DNA of 64,000 nucleotides from Scenedesmus sp. PABB004 (Eukaryota): NCBI GenBank assembly GCA_014905635.1, contig JABVCE010000007.1, positions 558,001 to 622,000 on the forward strand. Direction: 5' to 3'. The notes below the pieces were generated by a model, which did not search any database, had not been told where the DNA came from, and was given only the letters and a program-made list of their open reading frames with translations. Positions within the stretch are counted from its first letter, which is position 1; each line of letters starts with the position of its first letter. The position numbers and the translations under genes are program-made. Shown here one piece after another: positions 57,753-64,000 of the stretch.

Positions 57753-60700
57753 TCACTGCCGCTCCGGCAGCCCGCACAGCTGCCGCATCACGCCCAGCAC
57801 CGCCGCCGCGCCGGGGCTGGCCGCCGCCGCGGCCGCCGCGGCGTCGCCGTCCAGCGCCGCCGCGACGCGCGCGATCACGTCCGCGGCGGGGTGCTGGTCC
57901 AGCCAGCGGCTAAACTGCTGCGGCGTCATGCCCGCGCGCTCCGCGGGCGTCTCCACGCCCGCCGGCAGCCTGTGGCGGCGGCGCGCAGGGCGCCGCGGGC
58001 GTCGGCGTCGGCGCCGGGGGGGGGGGGGGGGGGGGGGGGCGACGGCGCCGCGGCGGCCGCGGCGGCGGCGGCGGCGCGGCAGCACACCTGGAGAAGCAGT
58101 GCTGCAGCACCAGCGCGGGCGGCAGCTCGCGCAGGCAGGCCGCGCCCGGCAGCGCCGCGTCGTCCGTGAACAGCAGCGCGCGGAAGGCGCGCAGGCACCT
58201 GGCGGCCGCGGCGCGGCGGCGGCCACGGCGGCTGGGCGCGTGGGGCGTCGGCGCCCAGCTGCACAGCCCCCGCGTGCATTGCGGCGCGTCGAGGCGCGGC
58301 TGCCGGGCGGTCACCGCCGCCGCCGCCGCGCGGGCTCCCCCGCACCTGTTGGCGGGGCCCATCGCCTCCACCTGGTACAGCCCCTGGCCGACGACGAGCT
58401 GCAGCTCCGCCATGTCCTTGGCGAGCTGCAGCTTGCCGCCCTGCCCCAGCGGGCGCAGCAGGCAGGCGTGGCGCAGCCAGAGCATGAGCAGCCGCGCCGC
58501 CGCACGCTCCGCGAGGCTGGAGCCGACCGAGGGCACCGCGGGGCTGAGCGGGGGAATGAAGCGGTTCAGGTACTCCGCCCTACGGCGCACACACGCGCAG
58601 GTCAGGTCGCACAGGCAGAGGAGAGGAGCAGGCAGCGGCGGCGGCGGCGGCGGCGGCGTGAGCGCGCGGCGCGGGGGCGCGGGGCGGGGGCCGGCGCCCG
58701 GGCGGGCGAACCCACCTGAACGTGGTGATGGCGCCGGCGAGGGCTGTGACGTATCCGCTCGTCTCCGTCACGCCGCCCTCGGCGGTCGGGGCGCCAGCGG
58801 CGCCCTCGGCGCCGTCGGCGCCGCCCGGCGGCGGCGGCGGCGGGCCCCAGGCCTGGCCGTGCATGGCCTGCACGTGGCCCTCCAGCACCTCCATGGCGGC
58901 CTTGAAGATGGGCGCGACTGCGGGGAGGGATGGACGGGGGGAGGGAGGAGGGACGGCGGCACGGGGGGAGATAAACGTGTGTCGCGGCGCGCACACGGTG
59001 GCACGACGGCGGCGCGCGCCGCCCGCGGCCGCACCACCCCTGCCCCAGCCGGCGCCGCACCCGCGTCGACGGCCGTGCCCTGCAGCCCCTCGAGCGGCGC
59101 CGCCAGCGCCGCGGCCGCGGGTGCGGGCAGGCGCGGCAGCAGCGTGAGCATCGACCGGTGCACCTCCTGCAGCTGGCTGCACAGCGCGATGTTGCGGAGC
59201 TGCGCGGGGTTGGCACCGCCGGCGCCGGGCCCGAGCGCCACCTGCGCGGCGCGGCGCGGGGCGGCGAGGCGGGTGGGCCACGCGCCGGCCGCCGAGCCCC
59301 GCCCGAGCCCCGGCCACGCCCCGGCCGAGCCGGCGACACGCGGGCGCGGCGCGCGGCGCGGCGGCGCGCCTGGCGCAGCTCCGGCCCCGCCGCCGCCATA
59401 TACTCGGCCTTGTCGCCCAGCAGCCGCAGCGCCTTGCCCACGGTGCCGCCGACGCGGCCCGCGAGGTGCGCACTGCCGCCGGCGGCCTTCAGCTCCTCGT
59501 GCAGCGCGCTGCGCGCGCGCGGACGGGCGTGCACGCGCGCGTCAGCATGCGGGCGCAGCGCAGCACAGTGCAGCGAGAGCGCGCCGCCGCCGCCGCCGCC
59601 AGCGAGCCGTCGCCGGCGCCGGCGCCGCCGCACCCGATTGTCTTCTGCACGTCCGCCGGCGTCGGCAGGCCGCGCGCGGAGCCGGGGAAGGCGGCGCCCA
59701 CGACCTCCTGCATGCGCCCCAGCCCCGCCGCCAGGTAGGCGTCACGGAAGGGCCCCGCCGCGTCGAGCAGCGCGGGCAGCGCCTCCGGCGCCGCCGCGGG
59801 CGGCACGCCCTGCGCCAGCGCGGCGCGGCGTCGGGCGCGGCGCGGCGTCAGGCGCGGCGCGGCGTCGGGCGCGGCGCGGCGTCGGGCGCGGCGCGGCGTC
59901 GGGCGCGGCGCGGCGTCGGGCGCGGCGCGGCGTCGGGCGCGGCGCGGCGTCAGGCGCGGCCCCGCGCCGCGCGCTGCGCTGCGCGCCGGCCCGCCGCGCC
60001 TTGAGTCGGCTCTCGCGCGTGATGCGGTCAAACGCGCCCTCCAGCAGCCCCACCAGGCGCGGGTAGCTGCCCGTCAGCGCGTCACGCACGAAGCCGCCCT
60101 TGGAGGGCCGCGCTGCGGCGGCAAACGCGTCGCCGACGACGCGCAGCGCCTCGGCCCTGCGGCGCGGCGGGTGACGCGTGTTGAGCGCTGGGCGCCGCGG
60201 GCTGCCGGCGCCCTGCCCGCCCCCGCCGCCGCCGCGCCGCACGCGCGGCCGCGCCCGCATCGATCGGTGCCCCGCGGCGTGTGCGCGCGCACCAGTACTT
60301 TTCGGTGAGCAGCGGCGTGCCGGGCGGGCAGAGGGCGTCGAGGAAGAGGGCGTGAGACAGCGGGTCGCGCTTCTTGGCGACCACGCGCTGCAGGTGCCAC
60401 ACCGCGAGCGCGCCGCTGGCGAGGCAGTCGGCCGCGGCGCGCAGGCACTGCCACAGCTTGTCCTGCGCGGCGCGCGCGGGCGGGGGCGAGGGGCGACGGG
60501 TGGGCGGCCAGCGCCGAGGGGGGGGGGGGTCCTCTGGCGGCGGCCGCAGCCGCGCGCGGGCGCAGCCGGCGCAGCGCGGCGCGCCCACCTGCCAGCCGCC
60601 GGCCGCGCCCGGCCGGCGCGACGAGCCCGCGCGCGCCGCCGGGGCCGCCCGGGCCGGCGCCGGGCGCGGCGCCGCTCGCCGCGGAGAGGTGCCGGCTGTC

Positions 60701-61866
60701 GAGCGCGAGTTTGAACGCGCGCTCGAGCTCGTGCAGGTGCTGCTGCAGCACCGCGTCGACCGCCTGTGTGGCACGCACGGCGGCGGGCCGCGGCGCGCGG
60801 GGTCGGCCGGGCGTGCTGCCGCGCGGGCAGGGCCCTGCGCGCTGACGAGCGCGCCGCTGCCGCCGCAGCGGCTGCTGCGGGTCTTGCCTGGTGCAGCTGC
60901 TCCAGGTTGAAGAAGACCTGCAGTGCGCTGCCGACCTTGGCCTGGCTCAGGGACTCCATGCCGTCGATCAGGAACGCCTGCGAGAGGGGCGGCGGCGGCC
61001 CGCGCGGCGGACGGCGCGCTGCTGCTGGCACCGCCGCCCGCCGCGTGCGGGCCGCGCCGCGGGCTGCGCCGCGCCGGTGAGAGGCCCCCGCCCGTTGCGC
61101 GCGTCGCGCCTGCGCCTGGTCCTGGATGTCGGCCGCCGCCTGGGCGAGGAAGGGCTCGTCAGCCTCCGCCGCCGCGATGCCGCGCAGGTCGGCCTCGCGG
61201 CTGATCGCCGCGACGTCAGACACCAGCTTGGCGGCCTGCCGAGCCGGGCGCGCAGCGCGCGCGCGGCGTGGGCGGCGCGCGCGCGGCGCGCGGCACGCGG
61301 CGCGTACGGGCGCTGCGGCGCGGCCGCGCGGCGCGGGCGCTCGCCTTGGCGAGGTCGAGCAGCGCCGGCGCCGCCGCGAGCGCGGCGCGCAGCTTGGCGA
61401 CGGCCTTGAGCCGCGCCGTGAGGTGGCGCAGCGCGTCGATCGTGGCCTGCACGTTGGCGAGCTGCCGCGTCTTGGCCGCCGCCGCGGCGTACGGGCCCGC
61501 GACCTCGGCGCGCACGCGCGTCACCGCCGCCTGCAGCGCCGACACCGAGAGCACGACGTCCTGCAGCGCGTGCTCCATGTCGGCGAGGCGCCGCGCGTGG
61601 CCGAGCAGGTCCGCGTGGTGGGCGAGCACGTGCGCCGAGAGCGCGCCCTCGAGCGACCGCACGCCGGCGCGCAGCTCCTCCGCCTGCGCCTGCGCCGACG
61701 TGCGCGAGCCCGCCAGCACGCGGCTGGTGAACTCGGCGGCGTTGAAGTCGGACGCCAGGAAGGGCGCAAACTGCGGGCTCTCGAGCAGCGCCGGCGGTTG
61801 CTGCTGCTGCTGCTCCGGCTCGCCGCCGCCGCCGCCGGCCGCCGTGGCGCGTCCGCCCTTGCCCAT
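57753..61866 (-). CDS. COG5: Conserved oligomeric Golgi complex subunit 5, about 12 exons
   Basis: FAPFLASDFNAAEFTSRVL, HHADLL, QLANVQATIDALRHLTARLK, GMESLSQAKVGSALQVFFNL, VWHLQRVVAKKRDPLSH, YPRLVGLL, WLRHACLLRPLGQGGKLQLAKDMAELQ, LRAFRALLF. Confidence 0.93.
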
Positions 61867-62238
61867 GGCGTGCGCTGGACGAGGCGCCGAGCGCGCGTCG
61901 GCCGGGATCAGGGCATCGACCGCTGCCCAGGCGCGGCGAGCAGCACACGTGCGCGCCGGCCGCCGCCGCCCTCGTCCGTCTTCGGTGCTGCTGATCGTCG
62001 GTCGCGGGGCCGGGCAGTGGACGTCGGGAGCGGCGTGGGGCAGGACCGGGAGCTGCTGCGGCCGCCGTCACCGGGCGCGGTTTCGGCGCAACCGCTGCGG
62101 CAGCAGTGCCGTTCGCAACTAGCGCCGCCCGCCCATCAAACTCGGACCAAGCGCCAGATCAACTCTCGTCTCAGCGCCGGCACACGCGCTCCGGCGCCCC
62201 CGGCTGCGCGCCGCTGCTGCCGTGCGCCCGCTCACCAC

Positions 62239-63521
62239 ATGGCGCAGCACATCACCACCAACGATGGCGTGCGCCTGGCGTGGGAGGCGGCGGGCCCGGA
62301 GGACGGTGCGCGGCGCCCCGCGCCGGCGGCCCACCGCCCCCGCCGTGCCGCTGCCGCGCCGCCGCGCCCAGCCCGCGGCCGCCACGCCCAGCCCGCGGCC
62401 GCCGCGCGCAGGCCCGGCTGTGGTCCTGATCCACGGCTGGTCGGGCAGCCGCCGCTACTTTGACCGGAACGCCCCCGCGCTCGCGGCGGGCGGCTGCCGC
62501 GTCGTTCGCTACGACCAGCGCTCGCACGGCGAGTCCGACGCGCCGCCGCACGGCCACCACGTGGCGCGGCTCGCCGCCGACCTGCGCGACGTGCTGGCCG
62601 CGCTGGACGTGCGCGACGCGACGCTCGTGGGCACGAGCATGGGCTGCGCCGTGATCTGGAGCTACGTTGAGCTTTTCGGCCTCGAACGCGTGAGCCGTGT
62701 CGTGTGGGTCGACCAGGCGCCGCTGCAGGTGCTGCGCGGGGCGCCGCGGGCGGCGCGGCGGCGGCGCGCGGGCGGCGGCGCGCGGGCCGCCGGGGGCGCC
62801 GAGGCGCGCGCGCGTCGCGCCGCAGAACCGCGCGCCGGGGTGGGAGCTCGGCTCGCGCGGCATCTACGACGAGGCCAGCCTCGCGGCGCTGCGGGCGACG
62901 CTGGACGGCGAGGGCGGCCTGGACGCGGTCGCAGACGGCAACACCGCCGTGTGCCTTTCGCTGCCGCTGCCGGCCGACGTTGCGGCGCTGCTGCGCGCCG
63001 AGACGATGCGGTGCGCTGGGGCGGAGCAGGCCGCGTCGGTGCGTTCGCGGCGCGCGACAGCGGCGGCGGCGCCCGACAGGCCCGCGCGCGCGCCGCAGGT
63101 GCGACCCGCGCGCACTGGGCGCGCTCATGGCCGACCACACGCAGCTCGACTGGCGCCCGTTGCTGCCGCTCGTCGCCTGCCCCGCGCTGAACGTCGTCGG
63201 CGGCACCAGCGGGTGCTTCCCCGTCGAGGTGCGGCGTCACCGCGGCGGCGGGCGCATGCCCATGTGACCGTCGCCCCGCGACTCGCGCGGCGGCGCCTCG
63301 CGCGGCTGGCTGCGCCGGCGCGAGGTCCCACGCGCGCGCTGCCGCCGCTCGCGCAGGGCTGCCTCACCAACGACGAGCTGGCGCCGCACTGCTGCAGCGT
63401 GCTGTTCAAGCGTGCCAACCACTGGCTCTACCTGGAGCAGCCGGAGGCGTTCAACGCGCTGCTGCTGGACTTCGTGGCGCGCGGCAACGAGGGGCGGCCG
63501 AAGCGCGACGAGGTCGCGTGA
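62239..63521 (+). CDS. Alpha/beta hydrolase (non-heme haloperoxidase / arylesterase-like), 5 exons
   Basis: TTNDGVRLAWE, VVLIHGWSGS, YDQRSHGESD, ARLAADL, nucleophile elbow GTSMG, VDQAP, DWRPLL, catalytic His in ANHWLYLEQPEAFN. TGTAA at 63560. Confidence 0.92.
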
Positions 63522-64000
63522 CCGGCTGAGCTGAGCGGTCGGGCTGTTTTGACTCGGCTTGTAACGGCCGCCAGGTGTTGAACACCAACGGCCCCCGACA
63601 GCTGGGTCGGCTCTCAGGGCAGGGAGCCTCGCTCGCTCGCTCAACGCCGCATGCGCGCGCGCGCACGCCGCGCGCAGGCCGCCGGGGGCAGTCAGCCGCG
63701 CCGCGCGGGGCGCCGCCCCGCGCTGCTGGCGCGGGCCCCCGGCGGCAGGCCAGCTGCGTGCGCGCGCCGTCGCCCCCGGGACGCGTCAGTGCTTGGACGC
63801 GGGGCCCACGCGCGGGGCGAGCGCGCGTGCATTGGGTCAGGTGCGCCGCTGCGCTCCTAGTCAGTCATAGCAGACCCACGCAATGGATAAAACGGGGAGG
63901 AACGCAGTGACGTGGTCACGCCGCGCGCGCCGGCAGGCCGGCGCAGCCGCGCGGGCGGGCTTGGCAGTGCCGGCCGGCCGCCCCGTCGCCGCCGCGGGGC

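Noticed and set aside
59820..59960. GCGGCGCGGCGTCGGGC-type tandem repeat
   Set aside because: Simple intronic minisatellite in COG5 with no evidence of function.

Overview
Extremely GC-rich, gene-dense, intron-rich eukaryotic nuclear DNA from a chlorophycean green alga, most likely Sphaeropleales/Scenedesmaceae. This is judged from the short F-domain-less [FeFe]-hydrogenase, CSP41b, plastid omega-3 desaturase, DIP13/SSNA1 and TGTAA poly(A) signals. The six-frame ORFs are mostly GC artefacts, so I rebuilt genes by hand from exons and splice sites. About 22 genes are supported: farnesyltransferase beta, a small DDDGT-ending protein, fibrillin, histone H1, a coiled-coil protein, an LRR protein, CSP41b, NTAQ1, DUF1279, a HAD 5'-nucleotidase, a PI31-like membrane protein, a thioredoxin-like protein, a tandem CCCH zinc finger, FAD7, a ProP-like MFS transporter, HYDA, an SR/SCL splicing factor, SSNA1, a PH + 14xPLAT giant, a multi-pass membrane protein, COG5 and an alpha/beta hydrolase. 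There is also a broken CACTA-like transposase. Highlights: (1) an apparent bicistron, with a thioredoxin stop 7 nt before the ATG of a tail-anchored PI31-like protein; (2) the upstream region of that unit is an inverted copy of the FAD7 upstream region, and a second inverted copy carries FAD7 exon 1, so long inverted repeats bracket the CCCH gene; (3) very frequent GC-AG introns; (4) a duplicated terminal micro-exon; (5) a PH-coiled coil-14xPLAT architecture. Exon borders were read by eye and may be off by a few bases.
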